From NCBI GenBank assembly GCA_903823635.1, contig CAIJTV010000149.1:1-31146 (forward strand): a DNA stretch of 31,146 bases, read 5' to 3'. Shown piece after piece: positions 7,916 through 17,514 of this stretch (position 1 is its first letter; every line of letters starts with the position of its first letter). Origin of the DNA: an uncultured Planctomycetaceae bacterium. Lineage in GTDB: Bacteria > Planctomycetota > Planctomycetia > Planctomycetales > Planctomycetaceae. A program made the position numbers and the translations under genes. The notes beneath the pieces are model-generated. The model was given only the letters and a program-made list of their open reading frames with translations, did not search any database and had not been told where the DNA came from.

Positions 7916-9388
7916 ATGCACTATCAACAACACTCTCGGCGACATTTTCTTTCCGACATGGGCATGGGTTTCACCGGCCTCGCGCTGGGCTCGATGCTGT
8001 CTCGCGACGGCATCTCCCGTGCAGCAGAGTCGGACGATCATCGCAACGCCGCTGCGCAAGCGATCGCAGAGAACGTTCGTGAGCAATTTGCTCCTAAAGC
8101 AAAAAGCGTCATATGGTTCTTTATGCTGGGTGGTACCAGTCATCTCGAGAGCTTTGATCCGAAGCCTGCCATCGACAAGTATTCCGGGCTGACAATTGAT
8201 GAGTCGCCGTTTCGCTCGTCCGTGCTCGACTCACCTTACTATCGCAAGAACGTCAGAGACTTTGCCGGCACACCTCGCGCGCTGATGGCTCAGCTTTATC
8301 CCACGCAGATTGGCTTTCGTCGCCGAGGTCAAAGTGGAATCGAGGTCAGTGACTGGTGGCCTCATGTGGGTGACTGCATTGATGACATCGCGGTTGTTCG
8401 GTCAATGTGGACCACAGACAACGACCATGCGGCTCAACTGCAGTTTCATACAGGGCGACATATCTTCGACGGTTTTCATCCCTCAATTGGATCGTGGGTT
8501 CACTACGGGCTGGGCTCTCTCAACGACAACCTGCCGCAGTTTGTGGTGATGGGAGGCGGTCCCGGTGACTGTTGCGGTGGCGTCGGAGCGCACACTGCCA
8601 GTTATCTGGGCCCGGAACATTCGGGCGTCAATATGGTGCTGGATCCTGCAAACCCGCTGCCATTTGGGACTCCGGGAGCCAGCGTGTCATTGGCTGAGCG
8701 ACGCGATCAACTTGATCTGCTGAATGAACTGAACGGGATTGCCGGTGCACAGTATCCCGATGATCCGGCGATGCGGGCGCGCATTCGCAGCTATGAACTG
8801 GCGTTTCGGATGCAGATGTCGGTGCCCGAGGTTGTTCGGCTCAGCGATGAAACACAACACACGCAGGAACTGTACGGTCTGAATGAACCTTCAACGGAGC
8901 GCGTCGGACGATTCAGTCTTGCGGCGAGGAGACTGGTGGAACGTGGTGTAAGGTTCGTGCAAATTTACGATGACGGCTGGGATGCTCACAGCGAGCTGAT
9001 CAAGAACCATTCGACACGATGTAAAGCTGTCGATAAACCGATCGCTGGCTTGCTGAAGGATCTGAAACAGCGAGGGCTGCTGGAGGAAACTCTGGTTGTC
9101 TGGGCGACCGAGTTTGGACGGACTCCGGGAGCAGAGCGATCCGATGGTCGTGACCACCATCCTTATGGATTCTCAGTGTGGATGGCTGGTGGCGGCTTAA
9201 AGCGTGGTGTCGTGCACGGTGCGACGGATGAGATCGGGTTTCACGCGGTTGAGCATCGCCATTATGTGACCGACATTCACGCGACGTTGCTGCATCAACT
9301 CGGTCTGGACAGTCATCGTCTCGAGTTCCCCGGACAGAAGCGTCTGGAGATTGATTTCGGTACCCCTATTCACGACATCATCGCATGA
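7916..9388 (+). CDS. DUF1501 domain-containing protein (Tat-exported, sulfatase-like fold)
   Basis: Start ATG 7916 after GAGG (7907-7910). Twin-Arg SRRHFL, AKSVIWFFMLGGTSHLESFDPKP, GVRFVQI, WDAH, TEFGRTP, GRDHHP. Canonical partner of DUF1553 proteins. Confidence 0.95.
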   Translation: MHYQQHSRRHFLSDMGMGFTGLALGSMLSRDGISRAAESDDHRNAAAQAIAENVREQFAPKAKSVIWFFMLGGTSHLESFDPKPAIDKYSGLTIDESPFRSSVLDSPYYRKNVRDFAGTPRALMAQLYPTQIGFRRRGQSGIEVSDWWPHVGDCIDDIAVVRSMWTTDNDHAAQLQFHTGRHIFDGFHPSIGSWVHYGLGSLNDNLPQFVVMGGGPGDCCGGVGAHTASYLGPEHSGVNMVLDPANPLPFGTPGASVSLAERRDQLDLLNELNGIAGAQYPDDPAMRARIRSYELAFRMQMSVPEVVRLSDETQHTQELYGLNEPSTERVGRFSLAARRLVERGVRFVQIYDDGWDAHSELIKNHSTRCKAVDKPIAGLLKDLKQRGLLEETLVVWATEFGRTPGAERSDGRDHHPYGFSVWMAGGGLKRGVVHGATDEIGFHAVEHRHYVTDIHATLLHQLGLDSHRLEFPGQKRLEIDFGTPIHDIIA

Positions 9389-9596
9389 CACAAGGGCACG
9401 GCCCTTGACGCGGGTGGCCTGACGGCCCGATACCAAAGGAGCCGCTCACGTCGTTCTCTTTCGGTGTGAGAGATGAGAGTTACTCTACTCTATTTATTAC
9501 GTGCGACAGAGCGCCGAGAAAAGAGGGCGAAGCAATCGCCGTTGCAAACAACAACTCTTGCAGAGCGCTGAATGGTGTTGTCGGGTGGCACAGAAC

Positions 9597-10001
9597 CTAC
9601 AGGCTCGATTCCAGCCACTGCTTCAGACCTTCTTCACCGCCGAAACCTCTCTTCTGAGCGATGATCTGGCCATCTTTGAAGATCATGATTTGCGGAATCC
9701 CATTGCCAGATCCGTAGTGCGTAAACAGCTCGGGGCGTTTATCGATATCGATCTTCAGGAACTTCGCGCGGGCTGAGAATCGAGGCTCAAGGTCGTCAAT
9801 GGCTGCGTCCATTCCGCGACAAGGACCACACCAGTCGGCTCCAAACTTCACAACCACAGGATGACTGTTTTCCAGCACCGCCTGCCGAAACCAGGGATCA
9901 TTGATGGGTTCAGGCTGACGTACGCCACCGCCAGCAAGGACGAACAACACTGCCAAAACGACGCCAACGCCAATAGTGATGTTTCGGTTGAGCGTATCCA
10001 T
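9597..10001 (-). CDS. Thioredoxin family protein with N-terminal hydrophobic anchor/signal, 134 aa
   Basis: VVVKFGADWCGPC active site, cis-Pro motif GIPQI, and hydrophobic segment ITIGVGVVLAVLFVLAGGG. Confidence 0.92.
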   Translation of the reverse strand: MDTLNRNITIGVGVVLAVLFVLAGGGVRQPEPINDPWFRQAVLENSHPVVVKFGADWCGPCRGMDAAIDDLEPRFSARAKFLKIDIDKRPELFTHYGSGNGIPQIMIFKDGQIIAQKRGFGGEEGLKQWLESSL

Positions 10002-10188
10002 GGTGCATGGCCTTCAGCTTCGATGGACTTCAGGGAGAGCGAACTACCAAAAGCCTGGCATATGCTCCAAAGACCGATTGGGATTGAGCCGGGAATCCGC
10101 GGTCCCGTCAGACATGCGACAACGACTGTAATTGATGTAGCGATTAAGCCGGCGAACAGAAACAAACATCTTGCTCGTCCCATGGCCT

Positions 10189-10243
10189 TGAGCCTGAGGC
10201 GCTAGCCGATTCTTCTGTCGATTCGGCTAGCGCCTCAGGCTCA
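10189..10243. repeat. REP-like perfect inverted repeat (21-bp arms, 13-nt loop)
   Basis: TGAGCCTGAGGCGCTAGCCGA (10189-10209) / TCGGCTAGCGCCTCAGGCTCA (10223-10243). Confidence 0.85.
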
Positions 10244-10265
10244 GAGTTCTTGCTTCCGGCTGCCT

Positions 10266-10307
10266 CAAAACCGAAACGGGTGCCGAAGTCTGAGACCTCG
10301 GCACCCG
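10266..10307 (-). terminator. Probable rho-independent terminator of the 10394-11269 gene
   Basis: 10-bp stem CGGGTGCCGA/TCGGCACCCG (10277-10286 / 10298-10307), followed on the minus strand by TTTCGGTTTTG. Confidence 0.6.
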
Positions 10308-10393
10308 CGAGTGGTTTCATGGTCAGGTCACCCGACTGACCATGAAGGACATTATCGATTGGCGATTCTGTTGTTGTCGCCTTGATCGCGGCC

Positions 10394-11269
10394 TTAGTTG
10401 TCGTAGTCAACCACGATCATGCCATTCTTTGATTTGATGTCGACTTCATACGTTCCAAAATCCATCGTCACTCGTGTATGGCAAGGTGAGATGTGGATGC
10501 ATCGAGGAGGGCATGGAGGCACACAAACCTGAACGAAGACTATTCTTTCCACGACGTCATGTTCACACATTCTGGGGTCTCGAACGGCAACGACGACTGG
10601 CACAGCGTTCGGAGCAATGTTGCACTCATCTTCTACTCGGACGCACGTTGCCAAAGGTACCTGGCAGTCAACGATCTCTCCAATCTGATGAGGAAACGCG
10701 GGAGCTGTCTGATAGCCGGGAGCTACTGGGTAGCCAGGATTCACCGGATACGACTGAACTGGTGGCAGTTCCTGAACAGGTGGCAAAGGCTGAACTGTAT
10801 CCTGTGATGGAAAGTAGATGGGTTGGCCATAAGCCGGATTCTGATTCGAGCTTACTCGAAAGCTGATATGAGCACCGGAGCGGCTGGAGTAGTGACTGCG
10901 ACCTGATCGGCCGTAACTTTCGTCTCTCAGGTTCACTCGATTCTGATCAACGTCACCGTGTCCATGGCGACCATAACTTCCCTGGTTCTGTGAGTAACCC
11001 AGATAATTCATGTCGCGGTCAGCCACGTGTATATTGCGTTTGTAGACGTCTCGTCCAGTCATTTCATGGCCACGATATCCGGAACCATGCATGTCATGTC
11101 CATCATGATCATGGTGCCCAACTGGCTGAATCGCTGGTGGAGCGTTGCGATGATGCGAGTTTCCGTTCAGGGCATTTAAGAAATCGACCAGGTCATTTGC
11201 TCTGGTCGTTGAGTTTGTTAACAACAGCAGGCCCATTAATCCCAGGCCGCGAATTACGGATGTCTTCAT
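10394..11269 (-). CDS. Secreted Planctomycete hypothetical protein with His/Gly-rich and Pro-rich linker and a Cys-rich C-terminal domain, 291 aa
   Basis: Signal peptide MKTSVIRGLGLMGLLLLTNSTTRA; AAGGA RBS; C-terminal ...VEDECNIAPNAVPVVVAVRDP...CVPPC...YEVDIKSKNGMIVVDYDN. Confidence 0.85.
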   Translation of the reverse strand: MKTSVIRGLGLMGLLLLTNSTTRANDLVDFLNALNGNSHHRNAPPAIQPVGHHDHDGHDMHGSGYRGHEMTGRDVYKRNIHVADRDMNYLGYSQNQGSYGRHGHGDVDQNRVNLRDESYGRSGRSHYSSRSGAHISFRVSSNQNPAYGQPIYFPSQDTVQPLPPVQELPPVQSYPVNPGYPVAPGYQTAPAFPHQIGEIVDCQVPLATCVRVEDECNIAPNAVPVVVAVRDPRMCEHDVVERIVFVQVCVPPCPPRCIHISPCHTRVTMDFGTYEVDIKSKNGMIVVDYDN

Positions 11270-11499
11270 TGCAGTGTCCTTCCGTCTTGAGCAGGGGTGA
11301 CTTGGATGTTGGCATCAGTTCATTGATGCCGTTCTTCTGATAATTCATTTCCCGTGCCAATCTCCGGTTCGACGGATTCCGAACGAAAACAGGCGTGTTT
11401 TACGACTTTGCCTCAAGCTGACTGATCGCTCGCTGTCATCACTTGTGCTCAGAACATGTCAGAATGATGACACTCCTTTGGCCGAATGTTGGCTCGACC

Positions 11500-11563
11500 G
11501 TTTACCGCCCAGCCGGAGGCGCCCGCCAACTCAAAAGCCGGCGCCTCCGGCTGGGCGGTAAAC
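11500..11563. repeat. REP-like perfect inverted repeat (24-bp arms, 16-nt loop)
   Basis: GTTTACCGCCCAGCCGGAGGCGCC (11500-11523) / GGCGCCTCCGGCTGGGCGGTAAAC (11540-11563). A near-identical arm recurs at 24534-24555. Confidence 0.88.
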
Positions 11564-11732
11564 AGAAGTGCGCAGGATGCGACTCAATTCATAAACCGCG
11601 ACCGTCTCGGGCTCAATGTGTCAGCCTGTTCGTGATCCGGAAACGCGGCGTCTCACTGCGTTGCTTTCCCGAGCCGGGTTCTGCAAGATTCCTCCCTCCA
11701 CTTTTCTGCCGAACTGCTTTGAGACACTGACC

Positions 11733-14561
11733 ATGATGTCCCGCCATCTTTCTGTCCAATTTGCTCTGTGTTCTGTAATAGCATCTTTGTCCACGCTGAG
11801 TCAGGCTGCAGACCAACACGTCATCGTCCCGGGCTACGAACGCTTTCGAGCAGAGAAGCTGACAAGCGTTGAAGCAGGATCACTCCTGATCTCGGAGCTG
11901 AACTGTCAGTCATGCCATGGAAAACTTCTTGATCGACCCGTGCCACCTCGACTAGCGCCCATCCTGACACAGGTTGGCGAACGGTCCAGTGCGGAGTATC
12001 TGAAACGGTTCCTGGCAGATCCTCAGGCGGAGAAGCCTGGTTCTGCGATGCCACGTCTCACACATTTGAAGACGGATCCAGCGACCGTTGATGCGCTCAC
12101 GGCGTTCCTGACTCAGGGTTCGGCATGGCGAGCCACTGCGGTTGGCGTCGATGCTGTCCGCCGAGGTGAAGAGCTGTTTCACAAAGTGGGTTGTGCAGCA
12201 TGTCATTCAGATCGTCGAGACAACGCTGTTATCGACCAGATTCGCCGGGGGATCTCAGCCGGGCAGGCCACTGAAGAGGACGAAGAAGACACTGAGGATA
12301 AGCCGGTGACAAAGTGGACTCGTCCCGCTTTCGCGATGCCTTTAGGAAAGCTGGAACAGAAATACAGCCTCTCCAGTCTGATCAACTTTCTGAGAGATCC
12401 CCATGCCGTTCGTCCATCGGGTCGAATGCCAGCATTGAATCTGACTCCGGAAGAAGCTCGCGACATCGCTAGCTATCTGCTGAAGGACGTCGACGTCGAA
12501 CCGAATATCAACTTCGAGTACTTTGAAGGTGACTGGCAGAAGGTTCCGGATTTCACGCAACTGAAAGCTGTCTCATCGGGCAAGACCACTGACTTTTCCG
12601 TGGGAGTCTCGCCGAAGGACGAACTGTTTGCTTTGCGATTCAGCGGCTTTGTGCACCTGCCCAAAGACGGACGTTATCGCTTTCATCTGAGTTCTGATGA
12701 CGGTGCTCGATTGCTGATCAATGGAGAAGTCATTGTTGATAACGATGGAATCCACCCCGGCGGATTTCGCGACGGGGAGGCCGAATACAAGGCGGGTGCG
12801 TATGAACTCGTCGTGGAGTATTTCGAGTACCACGGGCAGGAAGAACTGGCCGTCGAAATTGAAGGCCCGGAGTTGCCTCGCCAGCCTCTTGCAGGACTGG
12901 TCACTCTGACAAAGGATCTTCGCGCCGCAGAAACCACAGCCGTGCCAGCGGCTTCTCCGGAGCTGGTTGAGAAAGGTCTACAGGCGTTTCAGTCTCTGGG
13001 TTGTGCGGCCTGCCATCAGCATGGCGATGGAGATAAGAAGCTGGCCTGGACCGGGAAAGCTCCGGTGTTCACAGCGATGAAAACATCCGGAGGCTGTCTC
13101 GCGGAAAAGCCCGCAGACAACATTCCGGCGTTTGCTCTGACGGAACAGCAGAGAACCGATATCACAGCCGCACTGGAGGCCGCTCGTCAATCACCAGACG
13201 CTGGCAAATCACCAAACGATCCTTCTCTGGCCGCTAAAGCCATTCATGACACGTTGCTGACACTGAATTGCTATGCCTGCCACACCCGAGGTTCGCTGGG
13301 AGGTGTTTCTGAGCCGATGAATCACCTGTTCGTGGGAAGCATTCCCGAGATGGGCGACGAAGGGCGAATTCCCCCATCCCTGGACGGCGCGGGTGATAAG
13401 TTGAATGAGAACTGGCTGAAAACGATTCTGAACGAAGGAGCCAAGGACCGACCTTACATGGCGACTCGTATGCCAAAATTCGGGTCCAGCCAAACCGGAT
13501 CGCTGGTCACCCTGTTTGCCTCCACAGATGCACTCGGCGAAGACAAGCCGGTCACTTTTCCAGAACCCGAACATCGTATCAAAGCCGATGCCCGTCTGAT
13601 GATTGGTGATCAGGCGCTGTCCTGCATCAAGTGCCATACGTTCGACAAGTATGCCGCGACTGGAATTCAGTCACTGGATATGACAACGATGACTCGCCGC
13701 CTGCGTCGGGAGTGGTTTCATCGGTATCTGCTGGATCCACAGAAGTATCGCAGCGGAACTCGCATGCCGGCTGCCTGGCCGAAGGGACGCTCGGTCGTAC
13801 CGCATATTCTGAATGGTGATTCGGATGTGCAGATTGAAGCCATCTGGGCCTATCTGCTGGATGGCAAGAACGCCAAGGTGCCCAGCGGATTGCAGCGGGA
13901 GGCGATCGAACTCATGCCTGGCGATCGTCCGATCATCTATCGCAACTTTCTGGAAGGCCTGTCTCCTCGAGGCATCGCGGTGGGGTTCGCTGCGAAGGCT
14001 CATTTTGCCTGGGACGCGGAACACATGACGCCACGATTGATCTGGCATGGCGCCTTTATTGACGCCTCAAAGCACTGGGTCGATCGTGGTCCCGGCAATC
14101 AGGTTCCGCTGGGAGATCATGTGATGACGCTACCCGCCGGGCCGCCTCTGGCTTCGCTGGAATCGCTGGATGGTGCCTGGCCCGATGGAAATCCGCGAGA
14201 AAACGGCTTCGCTTTCAAGGGCTACTCTTTGGACAAAGCGGGCGTTCCGACGTTCAAGTATCGCTGGAACGAAACAAACGTGACAGACACTATCCTGCCA
14301 TTCGAAACCAGTCCGGACAACGGGCTGCAAAGAACCATCACTGTCGCGCCTGCCGGCAAGCTGGAGAATGCGTGGCTGCGAATTGCCAGCGGACAAACCG
14401 CTGAGGAGAGCGATGGCGCCGTCATTGTCGATGGCGTTCGCTTTCAGATTGAGGGCAAAGAGCCGATCGTGCGGACGATCAATAATCGCCGGGAGCTGTT
14501 AATCCCGATGACGGTCAACGCTGGAGAAACAGCGACGGTCCGGATCATCATGACCTGGTAA
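11733..14561 (+). CDS. Multiheme c-type cytochrome with PA14 domain (five CxxCH motifs)
   Basis: Probable start ATG 11733 with signal peptide. CQSCH, CAACH, CAACH, CYACH and CIKCH, with distal MP motifs (AMPRL, RMPAL, RMPKF, RMPAAW). PA14 signature [13 protein letters not shown]...SDDG..L.ING...VDNDG.H. Confidence 0.93.
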   Translation: MMSRHLSVQFALCSVIASLSTLSQAADQHVIVPGYERFRAEKLTSVEAGSLLISELNCQSCHGKLLDRPVPPRLAPILTQVGERSSAEYLKRFLADPQAEKPGSAMPRLTHLKTDPATVDALTAFLTQGSAWRATAVGVDAVRRGEELFHKVGCAACHSDRRDNAVIDQIRRGISAGQATEEDEEDTEDKPVTKWTRPAFAMPLGKLEQKYSLSSLINFLRDPHAVRPSGRMPALNLTPEEARDIASYLLKDVDVEPNINFEYFEGDWQKVPDFTQLKAVSSGKTTDFSVGVSPKDELFALRFSGFVHLPKDGRYRFHLSSDDGARLLINGEVIVDNDGIHPGGFRDGEAEYKAGAYELVVEYFEYHGQEELAVEIEGPELPRQPLAGLVTLTKDLRAAETTAVPAASPELVEKGLQAFQSLGCAACHQHGDGDKKLAWTGKAPVFTAMKTSGGCLAEKPADNIPAFALTEQQRTDITAALEAARQSPDAGKSPNDPSLAAKAIHDTLLTLNCYACHTRGSLGGVSEPMNHLFVGSIPEMGDEGRIPPSLDGAGDKLNENWLKTILNEGAKDRPYMATRMPKFGSSQTGSLVTLFASTDALGEDKPVTFPEPEHRIKADARLMIGDQALSCIKCHTFDKYAATGIQSLDMTTMTRRLRREWFHRYLLDPQKYRSGTRMPAAWPKGRSVVPHILNGDSDVQIEAIWAYLLDGKNAKVPSGLQREAIELMPGDRPIIYRNFLEGLSPRGIAVGFAAKAHFAWDAEHMTPRLIWHGAFIDASKHWVDRGPGNQVPLGDHVMTLPAGPPLASLESLDGAWPDGNPRENGFAFKGYSLDKAGVPTFKYRWNETNVTDTILPFETSPDNGLQRTITVAPAGKLENAWLRIASGQTAEESDGAVIVDGVRFQIEGKEPIVRTINNRRELLIPMTVNAGETATVRIIMTW

Positions 14562-14628
14562 CTCTCTTGCTCTGGTATTTCAGTTTCCTACAAGTCTCGC
14601 CATCGCCCACCGCGTTCAGGTTATCACC

Positions 14629-16101
14629 ATGAAACATATCCTCTTCTCCTGCCTTGCTGCTGTCTTTCTGCAGGCCATTGTTGTTGCTCAGACAACTGTC
14701 CCGACCGAGGACGACTATTACCCACTCGCCCGCTTCACGATTCCAAAAGGGATCGTGTTGGAAGCCGGTGCGATTGAACCTCTTCCCGACGGGACGCTGG
14801 CTGTTTCAACTCGCCGCGGTGACATCTATCGCGTCACGAATCCTTTGGACGAAGATCCGACCAAAGCCACCTACGAATTGTTTGCTCAGGGCCTTCATGA
14901 AGTGCTGGGGCTGACGTTCAAAGACGGCTGGCTCTACGCCACTCAGCGTGGAGAAGTGACTCGGCTGCGTGATACGGATGATGATGGTCTGGCTGATGAA
15001 ATCGAAACCTTCAGCGACAACTGGGGCATCAACGGTGACTATCACGAGTATGCCTTTGGTTCACCGTTCGACAAGGACGGGAACATGTGGGTCGTGCTGT
15101 GTCTGACGGGTTCGTTTGGCAGCGACTGCCCATGGCGAGGCTGGGCGGTCCGGATCGATCCGAACGGAAAAATGATTCCGACGTGCAGCGGAATTCGCTC
15201 GCCCGGTGGCATCGCCTTTAACGCCGAAGGCGACGTCTTCTACACAGACAATCAGGGCCCGTGGAATGGCACAAGTAGCCTGAAATGGCTGCGTCCCGGT
15301 TCGTTTCAGGGACATCCCGGAGGCAATCGCTGGTTCTCAAAGACCGAAGGCGGGGCGAAGTCGGCTCCGAAGGAACCCGAAAGCGGCAGCCGTATCGTCG
15401 TGGAAGCGGACAAGATTCCGGAGTATGAGCCACCCGTCATCCTGTTCCCCTATCAGAAGATGGGCCAAAGCGCGAGTGGGATTGCATGTGATGTGAGCGG
15501 TGGAACGTTCGGCCCGTTTAAGAATCAGATGTTCGTGGGCGACGTGACACATAGCACCGTGATGCGATGCTTCATCGAGAAAGTCGATGGGCACTATCAG
15601 GGGGCTTGCTTCCCGTTTCGCGAAGGCATCGGCTCAGGCACACTGGCTCTGCGAATGATGGACGATGGTTCGATGTTCGTCGGCGGCACAAATCGTGGCT
15701 GGGGCTCCCGCGGCACAAAACCATTCTCGCTCGAACGCCTGCGTTGGACCGGAAAGGTGCCGTTTGAGATTCACGAGATGCGTGCGAAGCCGGACGGTTT
15801 CGAGCTGACGTTCACAGAACCTGTTGATCCCGAGATTGCTCGCAAGCCGGACACATGGAAGCTGCAAACCTACTGCTACATCTTTCAGTCGTCATACGGC
15901 AGTCCGGAGGTCGATCACACAACGCCGACCGTCAAGGAAGTCGCTGTCGCTGAGGACGGGTTGTCGGTTCGGCTGAAGGTCGACGGCCTGCAGCGCGGTC
16001 ATGTGCATGAACTTCATGCGGACGCACTGAAGTCAAAAGCCGGAATGCCTCTGCTGCATTCTTCCGCGTATTACACGCTGCACTACATCCCAAAGGAATA
16101 G
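14629..16101 (+). CDS. Secreted beta-propeller protein of the glucose/sorbosone dehydrogenase-like group typically paired with PVC cytochromes, 490 aa
   Basis: Signal peptide; [35 protein letters not shown] motifs. Lies 67 nt downstream of the cytochrome gene. Confidence 0.82.
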   Translation: MKHILFSCLAAVFLQAIVVAQTTVPTEDDYYPLARFTIPKGIVLEAGAIEPLPDGTLAVSTRRGDIYRVTNPLDEDPTKATYELFAQGLHEVLGLTFKDGWLYATQRGEVTRLRDTDDDGLADEIETFSDNWGINGDYHEYAFGSPFDKDGNMWVVLCLTGSFGSDCPWRGWAVRIDPNGKMIPTCSGIRSPGGIAFNAEGDVFYTDNQGPWNGTSSLKWLRPGSFQGHPGGNRWFSKTEGGAKSAPKEPESGSRIVVEADKIPEYEPPVILFPYQKMGQSASGIACDVSGGTFGPFKNQMFVGDVTHSTVMRCFIEKVDGHYQGACFPFREGIGSGTLALRMMDDGSMFVGGTNRGWGSRGTKPFSLERLRWTGKVPFEIHEMRAKPDGFELTFTEPVDPEIARKPDTWKLQTYCYIFQSSYGSPEVDHTTPTVKEVAVAEDGLSVRLKVDGLQRGHVHELHADALKSKAGMPLLHSSAYYTLHYIPKE

Positions 16102-16103
16102 GG

Positions 16104-16502
16104 CTACGCTGCATCTCGCATGATGTCTTCAACCACTTGACGGCGTTTGGACCGGCGGCGGAGTTTATGCATCCAGCGATCTTCGCCATCGTCTGTTTCT
16201 TTGAGAAACGATCCGGCCAGCAGGCGATAGAAGAAGAGCAGTGTGAATGCTCCGAAGACAGCAGCGAAGAAGCCCTTCACACTGATCGGATCCACCGTGG
16301 CGTCGCGCCAGAAGAACAGCACGGTTCCGCATCCGATCACGCTGCCCCCGATGCCGGTCAGCATGGTCGCCACTGCACCACCGGGATCGCGGCCTGGCAT
16401 CACAGCCTTGGCTGCGAGGCCGGTCAGGGTGCCGAAACCAACCCAGCGCAGAAGCTCATTGACGCTGGTGCGTAAGACTTCGACGAATTCAGCTTCTGTC
16501 AT
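16104..16502 (-). CDS. GlsB/YeaQ/YmgE (transglycosylase-associated) family membrane protein
   Basis: Probable start ATG 16502. WVGFGTLTGLAAKAVMPGRDPGG...GIGGSVIG pattern with three hydrophobic segments. Confidence 0.85.
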   Translation of the reverse strand: MTEAEFVEVLRTSVNELLRWVGFGTLTGLAAKAVMPGRDPGGAVATMLTGIGGSVIGCGTVLFFWRDATVDPISVKGFFAAVFGAFTLLFFYRLLAGSFLKETDDGEDRWMHKLRRRSKRRQVVEDIMRDAA

Positions 16503-16666
16503 GATTTGGGACTCCTGCTTTCTCCTGTCTTCTCTTTTCGGCATACTTGTCCGATTCCACGCAGTCCGAAAACTCTTCTTCCAGGACTGTCCGTTGAATC
16601 GGAGAACTTTCGGCAATTGTTGCCGGTCACCGTGGACCTGAAATGCTCTTTTCCTGCGGGATACCG

Positions 16667-17203
16667 ATGAAATTGCCGCCTGACGTTATTCGCTATCTGC
16701 TGATCGGGCAGGTGGTCATCCCGATCTTCATTAACGCCGCCATCACGTTTGGCATCGGCTGGATCACTTTTCGCCAGCAGGCGACCGTCACTGTCTGGGT
16801 TCTCGATAAGGGAGCGGTCACCGATTTTCTGGGCGCTTGTTATTTGCTCCCGGCGATAACGTGTCTGATTGCAACGCCGATCGTGCGAGGTCAGGTGGCT
16901 CGGGGTGAAGCTGCTTCACTCACCGTTGACATGACCGGAACGTGGGTTCGGTTCTTCCGAGGCGGTCTGATCTGGCGGGCGACAAAGTTTGGTCTGACCG
17001 GCCTGATAAGTTTGATCGGCCCCGTGATGGCCACCTGGAGTTTGTTTGGTTCCGACACGATCGCTACATTCTGGTTCCTGCTGGCCAAAGTCGCCTTCGC
17101 CACACTGCTGGGATGTGTTGTTACCCCGCTGATAGCGATCGTTGCTATGACAGATGCACCCAAATCTCACGATCCAGAAGCTGATTCATGTTCAGAGATC
17201 TGA
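16667..17203 (+). CDS. Hypothetical membrane protein (about 4 TM)
   Basis: Four hydrophobic segments. Start at 16667 or 16643. Confidence 0.75.
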   Translation: MKLPPDVIRYLLIGQVVIPIFINAAITFGIGWITFRQQATVTVWVLDKGAVTDFLGACYLLPAITCLIATPIVRGQVARGEAASLTVDMTGTWVRFFRGGLIWRATKFGLTGLISLIGPVMATWSLFGSDTIATFWFLLAKVAFATLLGCVVTPLIAIVAMTDAPKSHDPEADSCSEI

Positions 17204-17409
17204 TTCCCTTTCTGGTACAAGGATTGTTTCTGCTGGGATTCCTGGCTCAGCTCTGGTTTGGCATAGCGATCCTGGGGAGGCCGGGAAATCACGAGGTTGT
17301 TTACCGCGAGAAATCCCCTGTCAAGTTCTGGCTGATTATCCTGGCAGAGCTGGCCGTCGGGATGGTGATTGGCTTGTATCAGTACGATGCGACCATGATC
17401 ATGGGTTAG
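17188..17409 (+). CDS. Small hypothetical membrane protein (2 TM), 73 aa
   Basis: Two hydrophobic helices. It overlaps the upstream stop by 16 nt, consistent with translational coupling. Confidence 0.5.
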   Translation: MFRDLIPFLVQGLFLLGFLAQLWFGIAILGRPGNHEVVYREKSPVKFWLIILAELAVGMVIGLYQYDATMIMG

Positions 17410-17514
17410 ACGTCACCACTTTTGGACTCGCTCCGAGGTCTCTTTTCTGTTCAGGATACTCTGGACCTTGGATGTTTGACCCATTCCCCGACTTCCGATG
17501 AAGGACACGCTGCA

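Noticed and set aside
10144-10410. 88-aa minus-strand ORF
   Set aside because: It runs through three hairpins and a terminator, overlaps the upstream gene end, and has no motif.
11616-11732. N-terminal extension of the cytochrome ORF (similarly 7886-7915, 16503-16616, 17422-17514, 23580-23648)
   Set aside because: Downstream starts give better RBS or signal-peptide placement, so the extensions are probably untranslated.
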